Part shown: one piece after another, positions 157,648 through 172,000 of the stretch
How the letters are laid out: the number at the start of each line of letters is the position of its first letter
Numbering within the stretch: position 1 is the first letter of the stretch
The notes under the pieces: generated by a model
What the model was told of the DNA's origin: nothing
What the model saw: only the letters and a program-made list of their open reading frames with translations
Database searches by the model: none
DNA from: Octopus vulgaris
Lineage: Eukaryota
Assembly (NCBI GenBank): GCA_951406725.2
Contig: OX597823.1
Coordinates: forward strand, 26,060,001-26,308,000
Direction: 5' to 3'
DNA length: 248,000 nucleotides
Translations under genes and position numbers: made by a program

Positions 157648-159822
157648 TATATATATATATATATTCATTTCATTTTATCTAGTTTCAGCTCACGAGCTGT
157701 GGCAATGCTGGGGCACTGCCATTCGGTGTTGCTACATGATTTTACTTCACGAATGCTTTTTAGCAATTGACATTTGGTGCATGAGAGAGTTTGATGCAGC
157801 TGCTCTCATCTGCACCTCCTGCCGTGAAGTTGGTTCATCTGGGACACCTGACAGGAAGAGGTCCAACTTTATTTTAAAGACATCTGCATCCACCCCATGC
157901 AGGTCTCTCAGGTCCTTCGGGAGGATATTGAAGAGCTGTGGACCTCTGAAGCCCAGGCTATCACAGTATCTTGTCCTATATATATATATATATATATACA
158001 GCCGAAATTGCGAGGATGATCTGGTTCTTGACTGAAGATTGAAGGCTTCAAATGTCCCATCCTTGTTTTTTGTATCGTCTCTTCTAAATGTTTTGCGTTC
158101 TTGTCCCAGTTTGTATTTTTTTACACATATCATCATCATCATCATCGTTTAACGTCCGTTTTCCGCGCTAGCACGGGTTGGACGGTTCGACCGGGGTCTG
158201 GGAAGCCAGGGGCCGCTCCAGGCTCCAGTCTGATCTGGTAGAGTTTCTACGGCTGGATGCCCTTCCTAACGCCAACCACTCCGTGAGTGGAGTGGGTGCT
158301 TTTTACGTGCCACCTGCACAGGGGCCGGGGGGTCCAGCATCAGTCACGATCGGTTCGAGCTTTTAACGTGCCAGCGGCACGGGGGCAATGGGATCCGGGG
158401 TACTTTGAATGGGTAGGGGCTATGTGGAATTGCTGCAGAAAGCAGCCCGGGTCTTTGCAGTCACAGCATATCTCCAGAGATCTCGGTCCTTCGCCATTGC
158501 CTCAGTGAGGCCCAATGCTCTGAGGTCATATATATATATATATATATTTATGTACACACACATATATATATATACACATATATATATATGTACATATATA
158601 TATATATCTACATACAAATATATGTACACATATGGGCATATACACAAACACACACACACAGACATTTTGATAGGTTTCGGCCAGTGTTGGCCCAGGCCAT
158701 GTCTAATTTGAGCAAAGTCATTCGGATCAGGATTCAGACAACCTGGCTCACTCAAGTAGAGTTATTGTTTACAGAGACATATCCGTGTGTAGGAGGCCTA
158801 TCCAGGATGTTTTGAAGGAATTTGTTCAAAGACTTCTTGAACTTTATGGTGTCTTTTTCTCCTTTAATGTGTATTGGTGTAATGTTAAACAAAGTGGGGC
158901 AAATTGAGGTGAAATAATTGTGCTGTATTGTTCTTATGAGATGCGAGTGTGATTTATGTTGTGGGCAGGTAGCATGGGGCCCAATTCTTGGGTGATGCCA
159001 ACATCATTTGGGCAAAGCTGACAGAATATATTCAACATCAATCAGATGATGTAGTGCTCATGGTGATGTTGACGCGAATAAAGCTTGAGCTTTTCTAGTC
159101 AACCCCAAAAGTCAAGCCCTGTCATGTCATGTATTTTTTTTAATTGACCTTTGAGATGCTTCAACTTTCATGATACTTTGTTTCATGTAGGGATACCAGT
159201 ATGGACAACAGTATTCAAGGTGGGGTCGGGCAAAAGTGGAGAAGAGAAGGATAATGGTGTGGATATTTCTTGATTGGAAAGTTCTGAGAATCTAGTAACA
159301 CATTCTGTGGGCCATGTCAACTTTGCTGTTTATATGAATGGCCCAGCTTACGTTGTTGTCCACAATTACTCCCAAGTCCCCGATGTAGTTGGATGCCATG
159401 AGAGTTTTACCTGAAAGAAGGGAGTATGGGAGTTTTAGGGTATCTTCTTTTTGAAGTAGCTTAACTCAAAGTTGTCCTCGTTCAGCAACATATTGTTCTT
159501 TTCTGCTCATTGGATGACAGCCAATAGATCTCTCTCACTCACACACACACACACATACAGAGTCATTTTTGTTAATTTTCTTCCTCTTTGTGTAAAATCA
159601 TTTATTAAAAGCAGAAATAATAAAATGTTTACTTTATTTGAAAATTTACTGTGACCACTAGCATTTCCCCCTAAAATGTTATGGTTCTCATCATCTAGTT
159701 GATACTTGCTTGTTTAATACATGGCAGTTAAATTTATTATATATTATTTTTAGGAACTAGTTCTTTGAACTATGTTTGTAGAGCAAACAATATTTCTGAT
159801 AACATAAATGTGTTTTACACGT

Positions 159823-159901
<79 letters not shown>

Positions 159902-161799
159902 AAAGGCAAGATTTGATGAAACTTCAAAGTTACTGTCACATTTGAAAAAAAATTATATCTAACTCTACTCATTGAATTCTTTTTTTCAGTTAATAGGTTT
160001 TGTTTTGTTTTGTTTTTATGTATATATTTTTCACTTTCCGTGTTGGGGGGTATTGCACTAATAAGCTAAGAGAAATTATGGTGATGATATACAGGTGCAA
160101 GTATATAGTAAGAATTTTACTTCCCGGCCACATAGTTCCAGGTTCAATCACATTGCGTGGCACCTTGGGCAAGTGTCTTCTACAATATAGCCTTGGGCCG
160201 GCTAAAGTCTTGTCAATAGACAGAAATTTGGTAGACGGAAACTGAAAGAAGTCCATCGAATGTGTGTGTGTCTGTTGATCTATCTAATCTATTAGTGTCT
160301 GTTTGTACCCCACCACTGCTTGACAATCAGTGTTGGTGTGTTTACATCCCCATAACTTAGCGGTTTGATGAAAGGAAAAGAGACCAAGGGAATAAATACC
160401 AAATTTGAAAAAAAAAAGTCCTGGGTTGATTTGTTTGAGTAAAATTCTTCAAGGTAGTGCCCCAGAATGGCAGCAGTCTAATGACTGAAACAAAAGATAA
160501 AATATGTCTGTATAAATATATTTTACCTTTGTTCATCTGCAATTGTTGTCTTTTCTACTTTCTCTCTCTTTTGGTCACATTGCTCTGAGCAAGCAGAGAC
160601 TATAGAGCAGTAAAAAGTTTTGTGTCTTGCAAGGTACAAAACAATCTCACTCGTGCTGGTGCTTTGATAAAATATATGTCTGCAGCACTCTGTAAAGTGG
160701 TTGGTATTAGAAAGGGCATACAGCTATAGAAACCATGCCAAAACTAGGATATACAAACAAGGTCCAGCCCGCAACCTTTCTAAGAATAACTCTGAATAAA
160801 CCTGACTTGGTCAGTGGTGACCCATCCAACCCATGCCAGCACAAAAAGCGGATCTAAATTGATGACAACGATGATGATGATATATATATATATATATAAA
160901 CTTCACTACTTAAAGAGGTATATTTTTTTAAAGGTTTATTAAATCTGAGTTATAATTTCTATAACATTGAAGTATTTCTTAATTTTAAATTATTCACAAT
161001 TTAATTTAATTTGAATTGCAATGTATTGAGAAATGCATTATATCTGTTGGGGAGTTAGCATGTGCTTTTAGTTTGGGTAGTTATTATTATTAGTGTTACA
161101 CACATACAAACTCTACCTAGTGCAAGGTGTGTGTATCCTGTTAACATTGATAACAGACTAGTTATTTTAGCCAGTGACAAAATAGGTCTTATTACTTATT
161201 ATTTGGAAAAGGAAGGATATGTCATTCATTTTTTGTGCTTATTTTATTTTTATAGATGAATTATTTATCTGCTAATTTTATTACTAACATAGAAATTTAC
161301 TTTTAAATTTGATAATTCCAATTAAGATGTATATATATATCTGGGTCTGTTGCTCTTTTCTGTCTGAAATTGGTACTCAGTTAAATGAATGTAATTCTTC
161401 AGGCGGTATTATGGAAATGTGAAAGGTAGAAGATACTAAGTCCATAAGACCACCACTCATCATCATTATTATAATTTTAACATTCACTTTTCCATGTTGG
161501 CATGGGTCAGATGAGATTTATCGAGACAGTGGTCCAACAGCTGGATGCTCTTCTTGTAATCAGCCCTTATTTGTTTCCAAGTAGTGTACTATTTCCTGTG
161601 AACAGCTAAATGACTGGATATATTTTTACAGGAGATATAAACACAGCAACACTGCTTTAATGTAGTGTGCAAACATCACAAGGGGAGGGCCTAGTCAACC
161701 ATGTAGTTAATCAGGAAGGTGTTATAAACAATAACTGGTGTAGCTGCAAAGTAAAGGTGATGCTTTATATAGATTTCCAGAAGGCTGGACAAAGTTATG

Positions 161800-162570
161800 A
161801 AATACAGTTCTATATTTAAGAGATGAGGAATTATGTACATTATTGACATTTTGAACCTGGGTTCTCATTCCTAAGGTTATTTGTCGATGTTGTTGTTTGG
161901 CTTGGAATCTTGGGGTTAGTAGCCTGCACTCTTAACCACTACGCTATATGCCCATGGGCAATTATGGAGTGAGTTTTAGGGCTTATAAATCAAATATTTT
162001 CCTATTCTTCTTTGATACCGGTTCCCATATGCTACTCGTATCTACACTCAGTTTGCTTAGGGGGTTGTTGTGTCCTAGCATATGTGCTGCTGCTTTTAGT
162101 TGTATTTTTTAGTGGTGGTCTCTGTCTATTATTTTAACTTCATCCCACAGGGGGAGGTGGTCTCCATTTTACCATACATGATCAGCTATACCCGATTTAT
162201 GAATATCTCCCCATGTCACAGCTTTGCGATGTTCCTCTACCTTTATTTTGAAGGGGCGGCATGTTTTGCCTTTGTATAACCTACTACAGCTGCATGGGAT
162301 GGAGTACACACAGTCTTTGGTCATATTCTCTTCTATTGGTGGTTTTACTCGAAGAAGATATTTGCGAAGTGTTGTATTACTCTTGAATACTCTCCTGATG
162401 TCATATAAGCCACATATCTTTTGTATCTTTTTGGAGAGGCATGTTTTAGGCACTGAGCAATCCCACTCTTTATGGATGGGGGGACCTGAAGTTGAGGTAT
162501 TGTCCAATGAAGGGTGGCTTGCGGTATACGGATGTCCTGAATCCATACTTGGTGTGTGTTATTAATACGT
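161800..162570 (-). mobile_element. Penelope-like element 3' end: GIY-YIG endonuclease plus pseudo-LTR
   Basis: ORF 162169-162546 (VYSIPCSCSRLYKGKT.R..K..VEEH..A...KSGIADHVW) followed by the tRNA-like-headed repeat. Confidence 0.85.
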
Positions 162571-162689
162571 CCAGGAATGCTAGCTGATTGTCTTTTTTTT
162601 TGTAAATAATGTAAAGTTATGAAAGTTACAAAAAACCTTATTGCCTAATATAATTAGGTTAAATGAGATGCAGTTTGGTTTATGTGCCA

Positions 162690-163690
162690 GGGAGTAAGGC
162701 AGTTGCAGGAGAAATGTTCAACAAAAAATAAGCTGTTATACTTGGCAACTGCCAGATTGGAAAAAGCCTTAAACAGGGTCCATCATTCATCTGGTGGTTT
162801 CTGAGGAAGCTGAGGGTAGACGAATGGGTTTTGAGAGCCATACAAGCCATTTAAAGGAGTGCTATCAGTAAGTTGAGAGTTAGCAATGAGTACAGCAACG
162901 AATTTAGTGTACAGGTGGGAGTTCACCAAGTCTCAGTCCCCTCCAATTCATCAATGTCCTCTAGACTATCACAGAGGCATTTAAGACTATTGCTCTTGGG
163001 AACTATTATATGCTGATGACCTGACCTCATTTTAATGGAATCTGTTGTAAAATTAGAAAAGAAATTCCAGGCATAGAAGCAAAACTTGGAATGAAAGGGA
163101 ATTAAAATTAACTTAGCAAAGACCAAATTTATAGTAGGCAGGAAAACAGGGAGGACTCTATTCCTTTCAGCTTAATGGCCCTGTTCAAGAGGAGGATGTT
163201 CTGAAAGTATTGTTGCCAGAATAAGAACAGGATGGAGAAAGTTCATAGAGCTATTATCCCTGTTGTTAACAAAAGTCGCTCTTGCTTAGAGTAAAAGGCA
163301 GATTGTATGATGCTTGTGTATGAACAGCAATGCTACCTGGGTCCTGAATGCAGAGGACCTGCAAAGACAAGAAAAAGAATGAAACTAATATGACCAGTGT
163401 GTATGTTGGACAAAATGCTACTGTGTTGAGAGGGAAAATGGGTATAAAAGGAATTGGGTGTGGGTAAGGGAGATGGCTGTACTGATATGGTCCTGTGATG
163501 CATATGGGTGTGAACAGCTTTATAAAGAAGTGCTGGTTACTAAATTCATGGCACTTGTGGAAGGAGACTCAAAGGAAACATGGGACAAAATGAAGGTTGA
163601 TCTCAAGATGCTGAGCCTTGTGGAAGAGATGACAAAGGACCAAGATGATGGGTGATTCATTGTGGTCAAGAAAACCCATCCATCATAGCA
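162690..163690 (+). mobile_element. Decayed RTE LINE (RT to C-terminus)
   Basis: DWKKP/LEKA-like, LLYADDL and RIRTGWRKF.ELL motifs. Confidence 0.8.
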
Positions 163691-165479
163691 AAAGTGAGGT
163701 CTTAAAAGTATTATGCCTATGTCTTTATACTCACAGGGCCCTGCTTCTGCACCCTATCTGGTCCTGTCAAGTCTTCCCACCTCTCATATTCTTAACCCCA
163801 TCCCCACCATTCTTCTAACTTCAGTACTATTCAACTGCTGTAATCACATGAGAAAAGAATCTTCACAGTGCTACCAGCTAAATCCTCCTTTTCCTGGAAC
163901 CACTTTCTTTGAAACGCCATCTGTCATTCTCAATATCATCCTTTCCTACTTTGTTTTCTTTTGTACCTCCAGTTATTTCATCCTTTCTTCTGAGTTATAT
164001 CTTAAGACTGCCGTATCTCATTTTCATCATTCTCTCATGTCTGCCATTGGTGCACCCCACCTCTGTCTTCCTCATGTAGCCATCCCTATGTACCTCGGGC
164101 ATCCGTCTTTTGCTGTACATCTCACTCTCTCCCACCTCACACGTCATCTCCCTATTTTTTGATCTGTCAATATATTTAATATACTGCTGCTCTCCACTCT
164201 TCCTTTACTGCCACTTATCACAACTCCTTGAGTCTCTTGTATTTCTTTCACTGTCCATACCTTCAAAGATGTGTGAAACGAGTTCCCTTACTTGAGAAAC
164301 AGGTAAGGATAACTACAGGAAGGACATTCAGCTGTAAAATAATGCGTCAATATATTTGTCTAACCCATTCTAGCAGAAAAATTAACCAAAGAATACATCT
164401 ACACACACACTTGGTGCTCAAGTTTCTGTTGATAAAAAAAATTACAATGGAGAGTAAAAACTAATTCTTTTTTTTTCCCATCCAATTCTCCCTATCATTC
164501 AATCACTATCCATGTTCATATTGCTCTGAAAAATTACTTCTTATTGATAACTTGCTTTTGTCTCAATTTAAGTCTCACATAATACAATCCAAAATTAATC
164601 TTCAATTATCTTTCCTGGAAAAATGTAATTTTCTATAATTAACTCTGTCCAATCTTTTCATTTGCATCACATTAATTTTTTTTTTTCTCTTTTTCAATTA
164701 TCCTATATTATTTTCAATTACAAATGGTAAAGGTAACCATGTTGAATACCAATACCTCTGAATCTCAAACCAATGTGGGAAGGTCTACATGGTCAGTAGG
164801 CTTTCTAGAAATAGTTGTCAAATCTACTCCAATCACACAGTATGATTTTAAAATGGAAGAGGGGCTGTTAGAGAATATAATCATAGGTACATTGTTTGGA
164901 TAATAAATGAGATGGTCATAGCTGGAACATTTTTGGTCATAAATATGTTGGATGATAGGTGACCCAGAGTTAAATAACAAGAAAGGCTGGATTGGATAAT
165001 ATGGATACTTCAAATAAAACTGGGCGATCATAGATAAGTTTAAACAGAGTTGACCTTGGGTTAAACAACAACAGTGTTCGTGTGTGTGTGTGTGTGTGTG
165101 TGTGTGTTTATATGCAGAGGATTTACAAAGACTAAAAAGAAATGAGCATCCAAGCTCTGCTGGCTGTGTAACATTACATAATACGACTGCACGAATGCTT
165201 GAGTCTGATTAAGGTGTGAGAAAAATTGAACAGAAGAAGAATCCAGAGAAGTTTGTAAGAAAGAAGACTGCATTTGTATTGGTATTTGATATGTATAGAG
165301 GAAGACAGCTGTATAAAGAAAAATAGACCACAAGAAGACATGGATCTGAAGCTGTTGCATGTCATGGAGATGACAAAGAACTGTTGATTGGTGACATGCT
165401 GCATAGGAGAAAACTTGCCGGACTGCCCAAGCATTGCAAAACAGATGTTAAAATTAATTATATGTATTTTGTGTGTGAT

Positions 165480-166450
165480 CATCATTTAATGTCTGCCTTC
165501 CATGTTGGCATGGGTTGGACGGTTTGACAGGAGCCAGCCAGGTAGAAGACTACACTACGCTTTTGTATCTGCTTTGGCATCTATTAATATGTATGTAATG
165601 TATATCATCATCATCATTTAATGTCCATTGTCCATGCTGGCATGCTGGAAGGCTGCACCAGACTCCAGTCTGATTTGGCATGGTTTTCTACGGCTGGATG
165701 CCCTTCCTAACACCAACCACTCCGAGTGTAATAGGTGCTTTTGCGTGCTACTGGCATGGGTGCCATTTGTGTGACACCGGGGTGTGTTTACGTGCCAGTT
165801 TGCATGACACTGGTATCTGCCACAACTGCGGTTTTGCTTGGCTTGATGGGTCTTTTCAAGCACGGCATAATACTAAAGGATTTGGTCATTGCCTCCATGA
165901 GGCCCAATGCTTGAAACTCAGCCACTTTACTTCCGTGAGGCCCAACATTCAAAAGATGTTCTTTATGTGCCACCAGCATGGGTGCACTTGGCTTGACGGA
166001 TCCTCTCAAGCACAGCACATCACCAAAAGTCTCAGTTACCAGTCATTACCTCTGTGAGGCTCAAAGTTCGAAGCTCATGCTTCACCACCTCGTCCTATGT
166101 CTTCTTGGTTCTACCTCTACCACAGGTTCCCTCCACAGTTAGAGATTGGCACTTCTTTACACAGCTGTCCTCATCCATACGCATCACATGGCCAAACCAA
166201 CACAGTCGTCTCTCTTGCACACCACATCTGATTCCTCTCATGCCTCTTAAGATGCTTACTAGCTGTCGAACATGCACACTGACATTGCACACCCAGTGAA
166301 GCATACTGGCTTCATTTCTTTCAAGCCTATGCATATCCTCAGCTGTCATAGCCCATGTTTCACTGCCATGCAGCATAACTATTCGCAGACAGGCATCAAG
166401 CAATCTGCCTTTCACTCTGAGAAAGAGGCACTTTGTTGCCAGCAGCGGTA
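165480..166450 (-). mobile_element. RTE LINE 3' end, 5'-truncated
   Basis: ORF 166095-166565 (KFRELPLL..RVKGRLLDAC...RLCWFGHVMRMD) plus tail. Confidence 0.85.
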
Positions 166451-166629
166451 GCTCTCTGAACTTTGCACACACACAAAATAGGTGCAGGTATGGCTGTGTG
166501 GTTAAGAAGCTTGTTTCCTGACCATGGGGTCTGGAGTTCAATCTCAATGCACGGTACAGCACCAACCCTAATATGCTAAAGCCTTCTGAGTAGATTTGAT
166601 GAACAAATTAAAAGAAACCTACCCATAGT

Positions 166630-167640
166630 GTGTAGTTGAGTGAAAAGTTTTTTGTATTTCAAGCTTTAATAGTTCAAACAAATCACGTATGAAAAGCATT
166701 TTTATTCATCAAAATATATCATGTCACATTCTGTTGTCTGTTGCTGTCTTTGTACCAGAAACTCAATTCTACACTTATACCATTTGATTGGTTTAGAAGC
166801 GAAAAAAACTCCCTGCACCTGTTTTCAACCTCCTCCACATTGTTAAACCTCTTTTTGTACAGGAAATGAACCATGACTTGGAAAGGGTGGTAATCTGATG
166901 GTGCATGATCTGGACTGTAGGCAGGGTGAGGCAGCACTTCAAGTTGCTCGAGTTTGTCCTTGGTCCCATTGACAGTTTTTGCTGGGGCATGGTCATACTG
167001 TAGGAGTGCGTTCTTTGATTGACCAATGCCTTCAAAGCATTAGATGCTCATTGCAGTTGCTAAGCATAAATGTTAGCATTCACAGCATGGCCTGAGACTA
167101 ATACAAAGTGCAACCCCACCTCAAAATTCCACCAGACATATTGTTTGAACTCCCCTTGTTTGACATCAGGTTCTGAAGCTTAGTCAGAATGAACCTATTA
167201 CAAAAATAGATCCATTTTTCATCCCCAGTTACAATTCAACTCCAAAAATGGGCATCTTGTGGATTTGCCAGAAGTTGTTTGCAAATGTTCACATGTTGTT
167301 GAGCCTAATCGTTGGCCAGTTCATGAGGGGTTTCTCAACAGCATCTGTTTACAAAGCTGAGCTTATAGAGATGTCAGTTGAAGGTGCTTTGCGAAGGACT
167401 GAAATCTGACAACAATGTATGAGTGTTTGTGCCTGATCTTGATTTGTATTTGAGGCTAGTGTCACCTTCCTTGCAATGTCTTAATCAGTTTTGTGCCACA
167501 CATTTGTTGACAGTTCCTGGACCTTCCTCATCGTTAATTTCTTTTGCTACTGCCCTTGCACTCAGTCCTTTTTTCCCACAGGTAGTGTAAAATGGCCCTG
167601 ACTGCAATTTTTTTTGCCACTCATTATCAATGCTGTAAAA
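166630..167640 (-). mobile_element. Decayed mariner
   Basis: LPHPAYSPDHAPSDYHPF in ORF 166719-166937. Confidence 0.75.
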
Positions 167641-167874
167641 TAAAAAATAAACAAATATGGATTACTCTTTTTACTCTTTTATTTGTTTGAGTCATTTGAC
167701 TGCAGCTATGCTGGAGCACCGCCTTTAGTTGAACAAACTTACCCCAGAACTTATTCTTTGTAAGCCTAGTACCTATTCTATTGGACTCTTTAGCTGAACT
167801 GCTAAGTTACGGGGCCGTAGACACACCAGCATCAGTTGTCAAGTGATGGTGGAGGGACAAACACAGACACAAGC

Positions 167875-167965
<91 letters not shown>

Positions 167966-169028
167966 ACAGGCTTCTTTCAGTTTTTGTCTACGAAATCCAC
168001 TTACAAGGCTTTGGTCAGCCTGAGACTATAGCAGAAGACACTTGCCCAAGTGGGACTGAACCCAGAACCATGTGGTTGGTAAGCAAGCTACTTACCACAC
168101 AGCCATTCCTGTGCCTATGTTATATATGAAAGTAAAGAATAAACAGTTTAGCAACAATTGGACAAGTTATATCAAATTAATGGAGATATAAGTGTTAAGG
168201 TCATCTCAACAGATTTTCTAAAGAAATTATAGCCAGCACAGATTTCGTCACAACGTTTCTCATTGTTTGTTTACATCTGACATCTCACATACAAAAAAAA
168301 ACATCAGTGCTCTCTATAATTTGTATAGAAAATCTGTAGATATGACCTTAATATGTGATTTAAGTGCACTGCTAACACAGTAGTACATGGTATTGACTTA
168401 TAAAACCGTTTATTATATTTTGTAGAATATTATGGTTGCACAATGAAACACCGTGTCATTAATGGAGATACAAGTTGCCAAAAATCATCAGTGAAAATCC
168501 AAAGAAAACTTTTGACTCAAACTTGTGTGTGTGTATGTGTACCCTTGTCTGGGTTTCATGTGATTGTTGTAAACCCACATCACTGTCATACAAGTGATGG
168601 CTGTTTGTTTCCAGTTTTCCATGAAATATTACCTTCCTTGGAACAGGTAAGGATTGGTGGCAGCAATGATATGCAGCCATAGGAAATCTGTCTCAGCAAA
168701 TTCTGTCCAACCCATGCAAATGTGGTAAAGTGTATGTTAAATGATGATATGTATGTGTGCATATATATTTAGAGCTATCTTTAGATGTGTTTAGATGGAC
168801 ATGTATATGTGTATGTGTGTATATGTATACAGACACTCAAATAGTATCAGTAATGATCTGTCATCTCTTTTACATCTTATCACCTCCCCCTACCCCACTA
168901 TCTCTTGGTCCCTTATCACTTTCCCCTCTAGTACTTATCCCCCATATGTATCAGCCTGCCATTCATGTCTTTAAATTACTTTGCTACTCAAACCTTTAGC
169001 ACTTCTGCTCCTATTACTTATCTTCTAA

Positions 169029-169079
<51 letters not shown>

Positions 169080-172000
169080 TCTGTTTGTACTATGCTGCCT
169101 CTAATTAATGATGGTGGGTGTCTTTTGTATGTTACCTCCAAGTGTCACTAGTGATTCCACTGGACTTCACACCCTAGCGCTCTCTTCTCTCTCGATGTAT
169201 ATGTACTAGGGACCTCAATGAGTATGTGTCATACACTGTATCTCTATACTTCCAACAACTATTTGGCATCAGTATCCATCATTCTCGCTTGTTTAGCTAC
169301 CTTTTGCTATTCATCTTGCTTTCACTCCTATCCTATCTGATGCTGCTGGTGCCATGGTGAAATGCTCTTTAAAATATGAGTCACGATAACCTTTTAGTCT
169401 TGTTGAAGACATGGCAGCATCACTGATACAAACCACAGGAAAAAGTGCACCTAGTCCTCTCTGTAAAATGGCTGGCATTAGGAAGGGTATCCAACCATAG
169501 AAACAATGCTGAAGATGAAACTCACGAGTGAGATGTGGAGTTTTTTTATTCTTCTAGGAGAGCAGCAGTAGTATAGCCAACTCATGCCAGCATGAAAACA
169601 GTCATAAATCAATGATGATGGTATCTTGCTGTATCAACTGTGAAGAGTAAGATGTAGTTACCTCTTCTTGTGCTGAGCCTACCTTTGTTTCAATTACTAA
169701 TTGTCACAACATTTTATTTACATTACTGATACATTTGTTAAAGGCACAAAATCACATATTCTTATTCTCTTACCCACTCAGTCATCTATAAACCCTGGAG
169801 ATGCTTACATATGTAAAAAGTCACTCTACATGCATGTGTTGTATGTGTGTGTGTGTTCCAATAGTAATTTATTAATAGTGGGGTTTCTTTGTGTTTCTTA
169901 TTTCTTATTTAGTAGAATATTATAAATAAGTTTGTTGAGGATTAATATTGAACAAAGAATAAATTTTTATGTAAGTTTAGTAGAGCAGTCAGTTAGCAGA
170001 ATTATTAGTGTTGGACAAAATGCATTGTAGTATTTAGTTACAGTTCTTTATTTACTGTAATCAAATCACATTGTTCTTAACTTAGCCTATAATTCTTTTG
170101 GGGTTGATAAAATGAAGTACCAGACAAGTACTAGAGTTAATTTAATCAACAATACTGTGTCCTACAACTTGTGGGTTTGTTACTACTGTATAAGAGATCT
170201 GTATGCAAACTATAGTATTGATGCAGGTACAAAGGACATATGGAAGACTATTAAAAGTAAATGTTTTATGTAGTGTGGTCAATTAAATACTTAGTCCTCC
170301 CTCTGTTTATGTATATATATATATATATATATCTACCTCTTTATTGTTGCTATTAATTAGGTGGAAGGGGCATGAGGCACTTAGGAACTTTGAATGCCTA
170401 GCTAGACTGATGACAACACTAGTTCGGAAAAGGAAGGATTGAGCTAAGTGTTTAGTGCTCATTGTTGTGTGAGACACTTTTGGATGACAAAAGCAAAAAT
170501 GAAAGATACATCATATTTAGTCTCTGGTCATCCCTGATTAAGCAGATCCGTCAGCAACAGGTTTCCAGCTATGACCATGCTATCTTTTTCCTATGTGCAG
170601 AGACACTGAGCCAAATTATCCTATGTGTCTTTCTAAGATAGTGGGGTGTGATTTGAGGAAGATTTTGCTATTGTTTCTAGCAGGTTGAGCAACTACATAG
170701 AGGCTCCCTTGTTGGTACATCAGATAGGCTTGAGTGGTGGTGGTGATGATGATGATGATGATGATAGTATGAAGCTTGTTGGTTCTGATTAGTTGGACCA
170801 TTTAGCGTGTTTCTAGTTTAATGGCTACTGTTTGTTGGTAAGTGAGCTTTAATAATCAACTGGAGGTATTTTTCATTCAAGAAACAAACCTAATTTAAAT
170901 GTAATTTAATCTATACTTACAGAGCTTTAGGTGTGACACTATTTTTGACTGTGCATGCTTTTAGCAGACTTCTTTTGTTGCAAATATTCAAAGTAAAATC
171001 CTGTCCGTTTTCTTTTCTTTCTCATATTGACTTAAACATCTGCACCGATTCCACCATTCTGGGTCCACATCCTTAGTCAGTTAACTTAGAAGTATCTGAA
171101 ATGATAATTAGTAAATCATTAAGTGAATTGCTCATGTGTGAGCAATTAAAGCACTTTTAGAACTAGGGTCTTCAATTGTTTTTAGAACTGGTTGCCCTTC
171201 TTACCATTAACAACTCAGTTGTGAATCTGCCTACTTTTGTTCAGTCAAGTAAACTGGAGCAAGGTGAATGAACTACCTTTCTGGGGGGGTCAAAGACAGT
171301 TCTAGCAAGTTTCATTCTATGTAAATGTATTAATGAGCTTGCCCTTTAACACTTTATCTCAAGAGCCATTGCTGGTTTTGTAATATTAAACAAATAAGAG
171401 ATAAATCTATAATCTCACCTCATTTAAGACATCACTCCCATCTAAAGCAGTAATATTGATTTGGTTGTTTCTGCTTTCTATGTGGATTGAGGTGTGAAAA
171501 ACTAAGTAGCAAACACACATTGTGGCACCAATTAATTTGGACTTGGGAATAGACACAGGCATCCTAGTGTTCATCCAAAGAGTTTTAAAAATGCTACATG
171601 ATGTATTGGTGTAAAGTTGCTCAGAAACATTCCAACCTCTAGCTCGCAGATAAACTGTCTCCTCTCGCTGTCCTTTCTACTGCAACTACAGTGGTCTCAT
171701 AGACATTGACTGGCTCGTTTCCTGCCGCTTCTATTCATGCACATCCCACGCTCTTGCTTCTCCTCCTCTTATCACTTATATGGTGTCGAACCCACCACCC
171801 CAGTCTTCCCAGAACAGCTTTCTGGAATTCCCTCCTTTTACACATTTTCCTTCCAACCATTGACTTGCAACAGCTTGCACAGAATATTAACAATATCAGT
171901 CTCATTGGTCTTGGAGCACTGTTCCTTCCTTCATATTAAACTTACAAAAGTAAATAAAAAAAAACGATTGGTAATTCATTGCAATATCGACTTAGTCCGT